Shown in pieces: positions 23,174-36,089 of a stretch of DNA of 64,000 nt. The notes under the pieces were generated by a model, which saw only the letters and a program-made list of their open reading frames with translations, had not been told where the DNA came from and did no database searches. Origin of the DNA: Octopus bimaculoides (lineage: Eukaryota). The stretch covers positions 26,752,632 to 26,816,631 of the forward strand of contig NC_068994.1 of the NCBI RefSeq assembly GCF_001194135.2, in the 5' to 3' direction. Both the position numbers and the translations under genes were made by a program. The stretch's first letter is position 1; every line of letters starts with the position of its first letter.

Positions 23174-25511
23174 AAGAACTGTTACTGAATGTCTCTCTTT
23201 GAGAGATTTAGAAATAATATATATATATATATATACTGCTGTTTATATTTTAGCTATCTATATATGAGTGTATGTGGATACATGCATATAAACATTCAAA
23301 CATACATACACATATACACACATGAATGTATGCATATGTACACACATACATATGCACTTGCACACATAAATCCACATGCATACATAAACAAATGCACACA
23401 TGCACACACATACACACACATGAACGTGTGAAGATGAAAGCCCCATGATGGGAGTGAGTTTATGGAATAGATAAAACTGCTAGTGCATGAAATCAAGTGT
23501 CTTTATAGACAGGAATTATACCAAACATCAAACTATAGAAATATTCACTGACCAAACTACTTTATCAAATGATCCATAAACCATTTTGTCGTACTATCAT
23601 TCTTTTGTTCTTCCATTCTTCTATTCTGTGTTGTTGCCAATAATGCTTGCCGGCGTCATTCTTTTCTGTGTTGGTCTGTTTTTCCTTCCCCCCAAACTGC
23701 CCATAACCTCTTCCTTGTTCCATTATAACCTTTAATGGTTTATTATCCTTAAAATAATTACTGTGGATCCATCAGATATGATTTACTGCCTCCTTCCATT
23801 CTCTCCATGTCTGATTCCTGATATGGTTATGTGTTAATAAATGCCTTTGAACTCTCTTAATTTCATTCTCCCTGTTTTGTTGTTAGTGTGAAGACTAAGA
23901 GTTTTGCCTCATTTTGAGATGTTTCCATGGCCTTGAGTTGTTCTAGCAAGTTGTGTATAATATTATTTAACTATGTATGTATGTTTGAGTGAGCATGGAT
24001 GTGCACACACATTCAGCTATGTATGTATGTATGTGTATGTGTGTGTTTGCGTAAAGATAGACAAGCAAGCAAATAGATATATATAAACATAATGTGTGTG
24101 CATTTATATGTGTATGAGTATGGATATGCATACACATTCATATATGTATGTGGGTGTGTGTACACATGCATGCACACATCCATTAATGTAGTTGAGTTGT
24201 GTTTGTGTATGTGACTGTTTTATGTATGTTTGTTCCCCTTGTCCTACAAGAGTTGATAAAATATGTACCAGTTATGTAGTTGGGGTGGCTGTGGTAGATG
24301 ATTATATGACTGACTTTATACTCTCCACCTTAAACCTTTGTTAGATGCTATGTTACATATTTATATCAAAATATGTTTCCTACATTCACAATCTACCTCT
24401 GCTCTTTTAAGCTTAGTGTTTTAATGCGATTTACTGTTGCAAGCTCAACTTGCTTCTCTCGATTTGTATTAAGATATCTGTCCCAAATTATTTGTATCAA
24501 AATATCTACACACATCAGCTAATATCAAGTGTCTTCCTCTGCTCCCTTCATATTAGTGTTTTCTTGTTAATCAATGTTAGACACTCGCTGGTTTTCTCTT
24601 CACATGTAGTGAATCTTCCATGTTTCACAAACATATTGCAGTATATCTTCTGTGCTGATTTCTGAATGAGCATCTTTTGAAAAGAGAGAGAGGGGGGGGG
24701 AGACCACCTAATTTATTTTGAACTGATGTAGCAGTTTTAAATTTATTCTATCTTTGAATCTCAGCTCCTGTGTCATTCCCACTTTTTTGTGTCCATCTAA
24801 ATAGTCTTACTATTGTGTCCTCTTCACAGTAGAAATGGCAAAAGACTAAGACAAATGAGGAAATGCAGTGGTTAAGATGACCAACTAATCTTAGCAAAGC
24901 TATGTTTTTGGAAGTATAATGTGTATATACACAACTAGCTTCCTTGTCTAATTTCCTTCTCAAGCCTTCCCCATTGCTTCTCATCTCTCTGTCACTGATC
25001 CCTCCATCACTTGCCTAACTGCATTATTCTCTGCTGTAATTAAATACAAGCAGAACAATATATTTCACCATCATAATTTTCTGTGATACCTATCATATTT
25101 CTCAATTCCTAGAGCCACTTTATTTAACATTTTGCTCTCATTCTTAACATTGTCCCTTTCTGCTCACATTTTACATTGGTCACCCTTCTGTGCTATCATA
25201 TTATCTCACCCTCTCCCCACACACTACATATGTCTCCTCCCTCACGCTCTTACAACCTGCCTACCCACAAGTCACCTCCCTTTCTCTCATCCTTCCCGTC
25301 TACTTTATTATTACTATTCTTCTGACATTCTTCACCCCTGCCTCACATACAAACGCATATGTCATGAATGATGCATGTATGCGTGTTTGTGTGTGTGTGC
25401 ATGCATGTGTGCGTGCGTGTGCGTGTGTGGTGTGTGTGTGTTTGTGTGTGTGTGTGTGTATAGTGTACTATTTGGTGCTGGTAAGGTAAACAAAACGTAC
25501 TGGTGAGAGAT

Positions 25512-25842
25512 AAATATTATTTAATAAACACAATATATGTTTTTATGTGATACTATTAGCTTCATGTGCTGAGAGCATGCCAGACACCATATTTTAACAT
25601 GTCTGGTGTCCTAGCACAATCTTCAGGCACTACCCACATGGCATAATAAACTAAAAATGGGATAATGGGATGAGAAAAAGTGAGCTGTTGTCCCATTTTT
25701 AGTTTGTTATGCCATGTCGACAGTGCCTGAAGAGTGTGCTAGGACACCAGGCGTGTTAAAAAATAGCTCTGGCATACTCTCAGCACATGAAACTAATAGT
25801 AGCACAAAAAAAATATACTGTGTTTATTAAATAAAATATATA
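25512..25842. mobile_element. Second foldback (palindromic) element, about 330 bp, different family
   Basis: tttaataaacac...catgtgctgagag...ggtgtcctagcac...catggcataataaactaaaaatggga mirrored by tcccatttttagtttgttatgccatg...gtgtttattaaa. Confidence 0.88.
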
Positions 25843-26431
25843 TATTATTTGTTCGTTTCTTTTACATATGTTGTTCCATGCTATCATGGGTTAGGCGAGT
25901 GCATATTATTGAGACATTGTTTTATAGCTCATTGCTTCTTCATATACCCTTACTGCTTATCAAGGGATTTTTCTTCTACGCATCTTCAAAATCACAGGGC
26001 TTGTGCACAATTTGCTAATTTGTTGACAGAGAATTGTCACCAATGTTCACTGTTTATAAATCAGCTTATTTTCTTGAAAGCGCAGGTTGGAATCATTCAC
26101 CCAGGTACATACACATTCACTCACATATGCTTTCTCACATGTACACGCGCACACACACACACACACACACATCACAAGTTTTGAACAGTTTCTACCACCC
26201 AAAATCACTTACAAAACATTATTAGTCAACTAGGAACTACAGTAGAGAACGATTGTGCAAGGTGGCATACAGTGAGGTTGAACCCAAAACCTCATGTTTG
26301 AGAAGTGAACATGACAAAGCATATGTATGTATAAATATATATGCATGCACATATATGTGTCTGTAAATATATATATATATATATGTATATATATAGAGGA
26401 TTTTTTCCTGTCCCATTATATAATTATATAA

Positions 26432-27480
26432 TCATCATCATCATTTAATGTCCACTTTCCATGCTAGCATGGGTTGGACGATTTGACTGGGGACTGGTGA
26501 ATCAGATGCCTACACCAGACTCCAATCTGATCTGGCAGAGTTTCTACAGCTGGATGCCCTTCCTAATGCCAACCACTCCAAGAGTGTAGTGGGTGCTTTT
26601 TATGTGCCACCAGCATGAGGGCCAGTCTGGCGGTATTGGCAACGGCCAAGCTCAAATGGTGTTTTTTACATGCCACCGGCACAAGTGCGAGTAAGGCGAA
26701 GCTGGAAACGATCACGCTCAAATGGTGCTTTTTACATGCCACCGACACGGAAGCATGACTGCTGCTCTGGCAGTGATCCCACTCAGATGGTGCTGTTATC
26801 ACCCCACTGGCACAGGTGCCAGTCATTGAATTTGGATCAGTTTTGATCGATTGATCTCACTTGCCCCAACAGATCTTCGCAAGCTGAGTTTAGTGTCCAA
26901 TGAAGGAAGGTTGGCATGGGTGCCAGTCATCGAATTTGGTTCAATTTCGATTTCAATTTCATTTGCCTCAACAGGTCTTCACAAGCAGGGTTTTGTGTCC
27001 AAAGAAGGAAAGGTACGCATAAGTGGGCTGGCTACACCCCTGGTGGTAAAGGCCACGGGTTATGGTCTCACTTGGCTTGCCAGGTCTTCTCTCACACAGC
27101 ATATTTCCAAAGGTCTCGGTTACTAGTCCTTGCCTCGGTGAGGCCTAATGTTCAAAGGTCGTGCTTCACCACCTCATCCCAGGTCTTCCTGGGTCTACCT
27201 CTTCCACAGATACCCTCAACTGCTTGGCTGTGGTACTTTTTCACACAGCTATCCTCATCCATTCTCGCTAAATGACCACACCAGCACAATTGTCTCTCTT
27301 GCACACCACAACTGATGCTTCTTTGGTCCAACTTTTCTCTCAAGGTACTTACACTCTGTCGTGTATGCACACTGACATTATACATCCAGCAGAGCATACT
27401 CGCTTCATTCCTTGCGAGCTTACTCATGTCCTCAGCAGTCACAGCCCACGTTTCACTGCCATGTAGCATGGCTGTTTGTA
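26432..27480 (-). mobile_element. RTE-X-type LINE 3' portion
   Basis: ORF 27152-27535 MLHGSETWAV...GRGRPRKTWDEVVKHDL; 3' UTR and (GAT)n tail as at 8413. Confidence 0.9.
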
Positions 27481-28939
27481 TACATGTGTCATAATGGATA
27501 TATATAATTATTATTTTAGTATAATTTAACCACAAGGTTTTATAACATGTTGGCCAATTGATATTATCATTTACATGATTTTATCCTTGTTTATATGAAT
27601 AAATATTTATTCTCTGGATCGAAATTGCAAAGCTTCAAGACTATTTCAGTTTTAAAAAATATGCGGCTGAAATGAAAAGTAAAAATTTGACTATATTTTG
27701 AAGGATAAGCACAGATATTTGCATATGGTTGTACGAATTTGTTTCGTGGGGATATGTATAAATATTCTTGACTATTTTTCTTTGAATATCATGCTGAGGA
27801 TGAGAAATAAGCTATTTTACTGGGATGAAGTATTGAAGACTGATTTCAGACATTGCACCTTATGAAGGAGCCGACTAAGATATCTGGTGCCATCTGGTAA
27901 TGCTTACCTCCATTCCCTCTGCCCCATCAACCTTCTCCCCCACCTCATATTTCATCCCCTAACACCCATCACTTTCTCTATCACCTGAGAGCAGAATAAG
28001 CACATACTACCCCCACCATCTACTTTCTCAGTCCCCACCCCAGTTACTTTTCTTTCCCCTGCCTACTCTCTCCATCAATCCCCTCCTTTCTGTGCATTCT
28101 CCATCGTCAACAGCTCACTTACCTGCTATCACCCTCAGTGTCCTCACATATCTACTGCAAACCCCACCCCTGAACCTCTCCTATATTTCTCCCCATCATC
28201 TGTTACAGTTACCTCATCCTGTCCACTCACCCAGTCCAAACCTTTATATTAGGTGAGGATGTTATTTCAATTTTTTCGAGCTTCTTTTTAGAGAACCCCT
28301 CTGAAAAGTTGTGGTTAGGGTCACAAAACAATGATATAAACTCTTTTGCGATTTCGATTATGGTAACCCCACTGTACATAATCTTTGAAGTTTGAACCCC
28401 CGCTCACCAAAAGGGGTAAATATTAATTTAATCAATTTAAAACCCTATAGTGTATGTAAATATATAACATTTTAGATTAGCATGGGTTTTTAATATGCTG
28501 AATGGAAAAATAGTATTAATTTTGGAATTTGATTTTCCAATATGGTGGAAATGAAAGATAGCGGCCAAAATAAACATTTTTTTAAAATGAAATCAGTAGC
28601 TGTTACCAATAATGTCATGTAATATGTTTTTACATATGTTTTTGAGGTCATAGAACATGAATTTGATGTGGAATAAACAGTTTAATAGCAAATAATTAAG
28701 TAATTTAATTTTACAAAAGAAAAGAAAACATTTCAAAAGTTCCGTAATTTATAAGATACAATAATACTTTTACAACCATTATGACTTCAGAGCCTCACAC
28801 CAAGTCATCCAATGCATGATTGAAATCAATAAGGCTTACATCTGTCTTGCAACTCACATCATCCAAGTAAATTTTCAAGTTTATTGCATATCGTTCCATT
28901 GACAGCTTTTAATAATTTTGTTTCAGACAGAAAATGTCA

Positions 28940-29600
28940 CTGGTTTTTTGGCACAGAAAGGGCCTTCAGCTGGAAGGTGGGGAGTAATATTGAAGGAGGG
29001 AGTGACTTTGTGCCAGTTGAGAGGTTAAAGGTATAAAGGATCAGGCATAGGTGTTTTGCTGTAGATACATGTTGGAAAGGAAAGGAAAGTGAGGTAGAGA
29101 GTAAGATAAGGATAGTCACATTCAGAGAGATGGTGGCGAAGATGTGTTGAGACATACCCTCAAGGGACATTGGGAGTGGTGAGAATAGGTCAGGTGATAC
29201 AGAGGGTTGGACTGGGTTAGTGGTTTGGGTAGAGGCAACTGTAGTAAATGGGGAGAAATATGGGAGAAGTTTGTGGGGAGATGGCACACAAAGGAGATGA
29301 TTGATGGAGGGAAGATTATGAAAAATGAAAGTTTTTTGTGGTGGGGGAAGAAAGGTAACTTAAAATGCTGGGGTGAAGGGATGTAGTCTGTGCCCATTCT
29401 GCTCTCAGGTAATACACGAAGTGATGGGTTTTTGCGGGTGGGGGGGATGAAATGTGTAGAGAAAAAGTTGACAGGGTAGAGAGGATGGGGTGAAGCAGAG
29501 CCCCTCATTACCAAGGTGGTTTTAGGATATGGATTCTGCTGTGGTGGGCAGGTCCTCTTGAGTACAGCAAGGTGCCAGATACCTTGGTCCTTTGTCATCT
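28940..29600 (-). mobile_element. Ancient purine/pyrimidine-skewed retroelement remnant (related tracts at 27880-28240 and 49550-50150)
   Basis: Strong strand skew; shared ggtgggcaggtc(c)tc motif at about 29545 and 50098; clade not assignable. Confidence 0.35.
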
Positions 29601-29840
29601 CCTTTGTAAGTCTCAGCTAAATTTTAAATGTTCATCACACACACAACATATATACATACACATACACACATGTGCATGGATGCAAAAGGCTTCTTTCAGT
29701 TAGTGTGCACGAAATTCAGTTGCAAGGCTTCAGTTGACCTTGGATTGTAGTAAACAGTGGAAGACATGCACAGTGGAACAGAACCCCAAAACATTAAGTG
29801 AACTTCTTAATCACTTAACCTTCCTATGCATATATATGTC

Positions 29841-30624
29841 CAAGGTGTTCAGGCTAAATTTGAAGGGTTATTTTAATGTTTCCTTTTTTCAGGAACAGCT
29901 TGATGTTTTGGTGAACTCTCAATGGCATTGGAAAACATAAAGATTAAAATTGTAGTTGAGTAAAAGTTAGTTGACATGTAAGACTGGAAACCACCTGAAT
30001 ATTGGAAAAGGATTACTTGTATCATGAGGATTTGCGCTGGATATCAAAATGCTGCCATCATGACTGCTGCTCAATGTTGTAAATGCTGTAAGACATGACA
30101 TGAACAATTACAATGGAGACTACAAAGTTTTGGCCAGCAGGAAGGAACACAGCAAGAATTCTGACTGCATCCGTATGCTGGAATTTATCCAACTGATTAA
30201 CAGGGCCTTAGGCTCAATTGAGACACCTATGTGAAGCTGCTGGAGACATTGCTGCTGGAAGGCAATATATGTGTGGCAGCAGGATTTGGTTCATTGACAT
30301 ACTTCCAGAAAGTGTCAGAAGTGGTTGTTGGAGAATTTCTACAACTTTACTAGCCACAATTTCTGGCCGCCTAATTTCCTTGATTGTAATCCCATGAATT
30401 ACTATGTGTGAAGCACGGTTAAGGAAAACATCAACTGCTGCCAGATTCTGGAGCCATCTTGAGGACATGGTGGAAGCTGAAGGTGGCTACTTTGAGTAAA
30501 TTGTTATCTCCCAGCCATAATATGGTTAATATTTTTTGCTTTTTTAAAATACTTCTATTTTTGGATGGAATATTGTGTTTTCTTTCCCTTTATGCAAACT
30601 GTCAAATTTAGCCTGAACACCTTG
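29841..30624 (+). mobile_element. Tc1/mariner (maT/DD37D-like) transposon, internally deleted
   Basis: Perfect 23-bp TIR caaggtgttcaggctaaatttga (29841-29863 and 30602-30624); FWPPNFLDCNPMNYYV resembles WPPxSPDxNPxDYxVW; flanked by TC on both sides rather than TA. Confidence 0.85.
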
Positions 30625-31695
30625 TCCATATATCTATATCTTTCTATCTATATATAAATGTGTGTGTGTGTGTGTGTGTTTTCTTCTGTTTTAAATTATT
30701 TTAGTTCTTCCTCTGAGGAAGGAGCTGGTTTCTAACAAAAATACAAAGTTCCATGCATGTAGACACACTGATGATAGAGAGTTGATATATGTATATGTTA
30801 TAATTTTCTGTGGAGTGTATAGAGCAATGTTGTAACTGTATCCCACAGAATAATATCAGTCTTCTGATAAAGCATGTTGATGGAATCAATATCTTTGTGT
30901 TGCATTGATACATGTGAAGAATGTAATGTAGGAATACTGGAGTATTTCACAAATAAATGTCTTTCATTACTTTAAAAAATTGCTATCTGTACATCAATAT
31001 AACAAGTAGGTGGCATTATCCTATCTCTGTCTCTCTCCCTCTCTTGTCTCTGTATGTGCCTCTCTCGAGGAATTTTACATTATATAGCTTTTAGACATGT
31101 TCATTTGTTGAGTGTTGTAGTCATGTCTTATTTTCCCTTCTACAGTCACTCGATATCACTTCCCTGGATAAGTTGGATGAAGGGTATTGAGTTCATATGT
31201 GTATGGTTGTATTGCTGTTTAGTCCCAAGTGAAATCTTATGAATCAAGCCTATGAGCAAAAATATTCCAGGCATGACAGTCTCATCTACATAGAACATTT
31301 ACATAGAGCTATGTAATGTGTCCTTTTTTCTTTTGTAAGATAGTAGGGTATGATTTGAGACACATTTTGCATGCTATTTCTACCAGAAGTGATGGTGGTA
31401 ATGCCTGATTCAAGTCATGTGGGTGGATGTCTCCCTTCTGTCCAATGTATTGTGAGCTATTTATTATTTATTGCTGCATTCACATTTTGATATACCTTGT
31501 AAAAGAGTCCTGTTGTGTGTGTGTGTGTGTGGGGGNNNNNNNNNNGGGGGGGTGTATATGTATATAATATAGTGCATAGCGAGATCATTGCCAGTGCCCC
31601 TGGACTGGCTCTTGTGCGGGTGGCACATAAAATACACCATTTTGAGCGTGGCCGTTGCCAGTACCGCCTGATAGCTATACACACACACACACACA

Positions 31696-32578
31696 TAAGG
31701 TACATTCCAGAAGTTTTAAGACTTTTTCAGGAGACACATTTATTAATTTCAAGCGAGTAGAAAACTCTTCTCCAAAGTAAGATCCTCTGATTTCAATGCC
31801 CTTATTGTAGTGTTCCAGCCACTTAGTGAAGACCCCATGGAAATACTCTAAAGTGAAGGTGTCCACAATCTTTGTCACAGCTTCCTTCATCCTCAAAACA
31901 GCTTCCCTGACACTCTCCTTCAGCTTGGGAAACAACCAAAAAGTTACTAGGAGCACAGTCTAGACTGTAGGTAGGATGAAGGACAGTTTTGTTGCCCATC
32001 TAGGTCAAGTAGTTGGTTACAAGATACTCATCACTGAGCACATTGGGAATAAACTTTGCACAAATTTTTCACATGTTCAGATTATCATGAATAATTTTGT
32101 GTACAGTTTCCAGACCAACTGCAAACTGTACGCTTACTGCCTTTATAGACATATGACAGTTTTTATCCAGAAAATTGTGAATTTTCTCAACCAACACTGA
32201 TGTTCTGGTATCTCTCTCCCTCCCAAACCTTTTGTCATCTCTTACTTTCTCTCTATTGTTCTTAAACATCTTGTAGCTGTGAAAAAGTTAATCTGTAAAC
32301 AGACTTGAGCATTTTATAAGTTTCTTTAGCTTTTTTCCCCAGTTTAACACAAAATAATATTGCGTAGACAGCTTTGAAACTTCCCAACTACATTCTGTAA
32401 GCTGTGACAAACAGTATCACAAATAGTGCTGTTACAACCATCTCCAATCAGGAATATCAAAATTTGTCAGGGCAGCTTATTAGATGTATAGTCATGATAT
32501 ACCAATATTACAATAACCTAGGACAATTATAACTACTTTTATGAAAAAACATCTCAAAACTTCTGGAACACACCTCAT
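31696..32578 (-). mobile_element. Mariner-type transposon, internally deleted
   Basis: TIR-like aggtacattccagaagttttaagac / atctcaaaacttctggaacacacct; FWLFPKLKE...KWLEHYNKGIEIRGSYF C-terminus; HTH region SIKAVSVQFAVGLETVHKIIHDNLNM. Confidence 0.88.
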
Positions 32579-32589
32579 ATATATTTGTA

Positions 32590-32795
32590 TATCAAAAGAA
32601 TCAAAGGTTCTTCCCAAGTTATAGGTTCATAAGGCTGGTTTCTTAGATTCTGTGGTGTATATACTCCCCCACTGACAGGATGCCAGTCCAATGCAGGATT
32701 ACATTTTTTTTGTTTGCTGAGTTGGAGCAATGTGAAATGAAGTGTTTTGCTCAGGAACACAACACATCACCCAGTCCAGGAATTGAAACCTAACA
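32590..32795 (-). mobile_element. SINE copy
   Basis: ggagcaatgtgaaatgaagtgttttgctcaggaacacaac...ggaattgaaacc (reverse B-box-like); related piece at 14965-15030. Confidence 0.6.
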
Positions 32796-32927
32796 CACTG
32801 ATCACTACTAAGTCACACACCTCCAGATACACTCAACACACCTCCAGATACACTCAACACACACACATGTACAGTATGTTACAATCATGAATCCAACACC
32901 CTAATGACCAAGCCATAGACTAACACA

Positions 32928-33037
<110 letters not shown>

Positions 33038-33329
33038 AGGATATGTTAGCATGAATGAACATCAAAATATAAACAAATTGGAAGGTTCACTGAATATAAT
33101 GGGAATTCCATGTAGCATGCAAGACTTTGGAGGAGGTGAAAAACAATCTCAAGATTGTGCATCTAACAAAGAAGATGACAGAAGCCCATTTTGACTGGTG
33201 ACAGATGGTGCTGTAGAAAACCTGACATCTGGCACATGCTTAGTGAAACACATGTTAAAACAGAGGGTAATACATGCACCCTACCCTTGCATATTTCTTT
33301 GTGCATGCATCCCTTCTTCCCAACTGTCT

Positions 33330-34100
33330 ATTGTCCATTCTATACCCTCACATCTATTCTGCTAGTAACTGTCCCTATTCTATAACCTAACATTTCCCTA
33401 TTGTTTCTTTTCACACCTTCATCATGACACATCATTTATAACCTAGAAGAAAGTATTCAATTTGTGGCTATTGAATATCCCTATTTCCAATACTTTCATC
33501 ACCTATAGCCTGTGCCCATCCTTTCTCTGTCTCCATGAATCACTACAATCGAGTGAGGAAGGATGCATGCTGGCAGTCTTTACCCAGTTTCCCTGATTTG
33601 CCTGTCTCCATACTTTCTTGGTTATGATACCTTTATGATCCACTCTTTGTTGTTTTATGCCTCCTTCGTCTGTTACTCTACCCACCCATATATTACATGG
33701 GGTCCTACTCAACCTGTCCCACTGCCCTTATCCCTTTTTGACTCTCTTTTACAAATCCCTAACACTATCTTTCCTTTCCTGTTACCCACTTCTCAGATTG
33801 TCTTAGTGTCTCCTACCACCCTCTCTTACCAACAAACCTTTGTAACTCCAATAAAAACTATCTTGGACCCTGGATAAACTAGCCAACCCATGCTACTATG
33901 ACAGATGGACTGACCCGCCACATCACTGGGTTCACCTACTTAATCCACCCCATCATCATTAACACTTTGCCCCTTTCCTCCTTTACTCTTCCATTTCTCC
34001 ATCACAGCACTGTTCTGCCACTTCTCCATTACTACCTCAGGTCTTCCATTCAATCTGTCATGGGGGTTGGTTCTTGTTAGCTTAGCAAGGGACATGACAA
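33330..34100 (+). mobile_element. Decayed CT-rich CR1/L2-like LINE remnant
   Basis: Strand skew and NYLGPWI (KYLG-like) motif; weak. Confidence 0.35.
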
Positions 34101-35499
34101 TTCTTATAGGGCTGGAGCTACAAAAAGCACCCAGTACACTCTGTAAGTGATTCATAATTGATTTGCAACAAAAATGCAGCACTTGATAGAGGAACTCTTT
34201 AGTCTTGGTAATAGCAAGACAATCTCAGAAGAGTTGGTGTCATGAAAAAATGCACCCAGTATACTCTGTAAAGTGACTGGTTGTAGGAACGACAGCCATC
34301 TGTAGAAACCATGTGAAAAATGAGACACCAGAGCAAAATATGATCATCCAACCCCTTGAATCCTCTCTAAACCATTCTACCCATGCCAATTTAGAAAACA
34401 ATGATGATGATGAGAGGATGTTACACACACACAAACACACACACACATACATGCATATTCATGGATCCAATACCATCATGGAAAGTTGTATATGACTGTT
34501 TATGTTAATAACGATGATGGTAATATATATATCTATATATATAAGCAGAAGGAGAGAGAGGGGATGATGGAAACTATTTTACTATATTGATAACGTAGCT
34601 AAATGTGTGACAGCTATGGCAGAAATATGAAATCTGGAATATCCAATCAAAAACAAAGGACACGATAAACCAATCCTTCATTTCTTTTCCATTAATTCAA
34701 AATGCTATTGCCAAATCTGACAGTTTAACATATCTTAAGGTGGAAGTTAAAGGATCTGGTAACCTTGTCAGGTTGGTGCCAATACAAACTTGGCTGAATT
34801 TAATATATTTTAACTTAGAACCCATAACAAAAGGAAACAATAATATATTAGAAATCAACAACTCTATTTAGGTCTATCTATATATCCCACAACCTATTTT
34901 TAAGATGATCAGGTAAACTTTGAAAGACATTTTGCTATTTCTAGCTTGTTGAGCATGTCATAGAGACTCCCTTACTGCTCTTACTACTGCTGGTGTTTTA
35001 AACAAATCAGCTTTGATGAAGCAGGCCATAACTAAAACAGTCAGTACATCTATGACTATATTATTCAATGTATCCTTCTTGGGATTTGGGGAGGTTCAGC
35101 TGGTGTTTCCATTGTGTTGAGTAACAATGTAGAAGTGGTGGTATTTTTGAATATTCTTTTATTGCCTTCAACCATGCTGGAGTTTTGGAGTTTTAATCTA
35201 TTCTAATGATCCCCATACTTCATCTGGTAATTATCTTATTGTTATTACGTGAGATGCAAGAAAAAGTAGGCCTTGAATGTAAAGGGACAGAAGCAAATAT
35301 CACAAAGCATTCTACATTTTGTTAAAAAAAACATTTCACTTTAATATCATGGAGTTTGAACAAGTATAATAAGGTTCCTTCACTGTGTAAGATGTAATGC
35401 TTAGAGTTAAGATATCTATTTACCAATAGCAGGACAACAACACTGATAATGATAATAACAACAACAACAACAACAATAATAACTATAATAATAGTATTG

Positions 35500-35712
35500 A
35501 TGATGATTTGAAATTTTGGCACAAGGCCAACAACTTTTGAGGGGAGGGAGAAGTTGAATACGTCAACTCCACTACTTGACTGGTACTTATTTTATTGCCC
35601 TTGAAAAGTTGATAGCCAAAATTGACCTCAACAGAATTTAAACTCTGGACGTAAAGAGGCAGAAGAAATGCCACTAAACATTTTTGTCTGTTACACTAAC
35701 AATTCTACCAGC
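35500..35712 (-). mobile_element. tRNA-derived SINE (family of 53076-53284)
   Basis: ggcacaaggcc...gggaggg...ctggtacttattttattg...gaatttaaactctggacgtaaag...ctaacaattctaccagct; another copy at 57045-57255. Confidence 0.8.
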
Positions 35713-36089
35713 TTGAATAACAATAACAATAATAATAATGATAATAAGAGAGAACACCAGGGACATTTAACATGGGAGAGCAATAGAACACCACTCAGGA
35801 ATCTATCCAAAAACATCGGGAATAAAGACAACAAATGGAGCCTAAAATAACTGACAAAGTGTTGGACTTTATCTAAGTAATACTCATGAAAATTTATTTC
35901 TATTTTCCAAATGAAATGATTTACTTTAACTGTGTATCACCTCCATCACTTGCACAACATGTGTAAACACACTTGTCACATTATAGACCATTTCTATCCC
36001 CAACCACCATACACAAAAAAAAATATTGAGAAATAAATTAAATAATACCCATATTATTTAGCCCAAGGAGAATAAATGAGAAGTATGTA

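Noticed and set aside
30713-30745. CTGAGGA motif suggesting a hammerhead ribozyme (related motifs at 11205 and 20210)
   Set aside because: No stem II or GAAA core follows; it is part of a dispersed repeat end.
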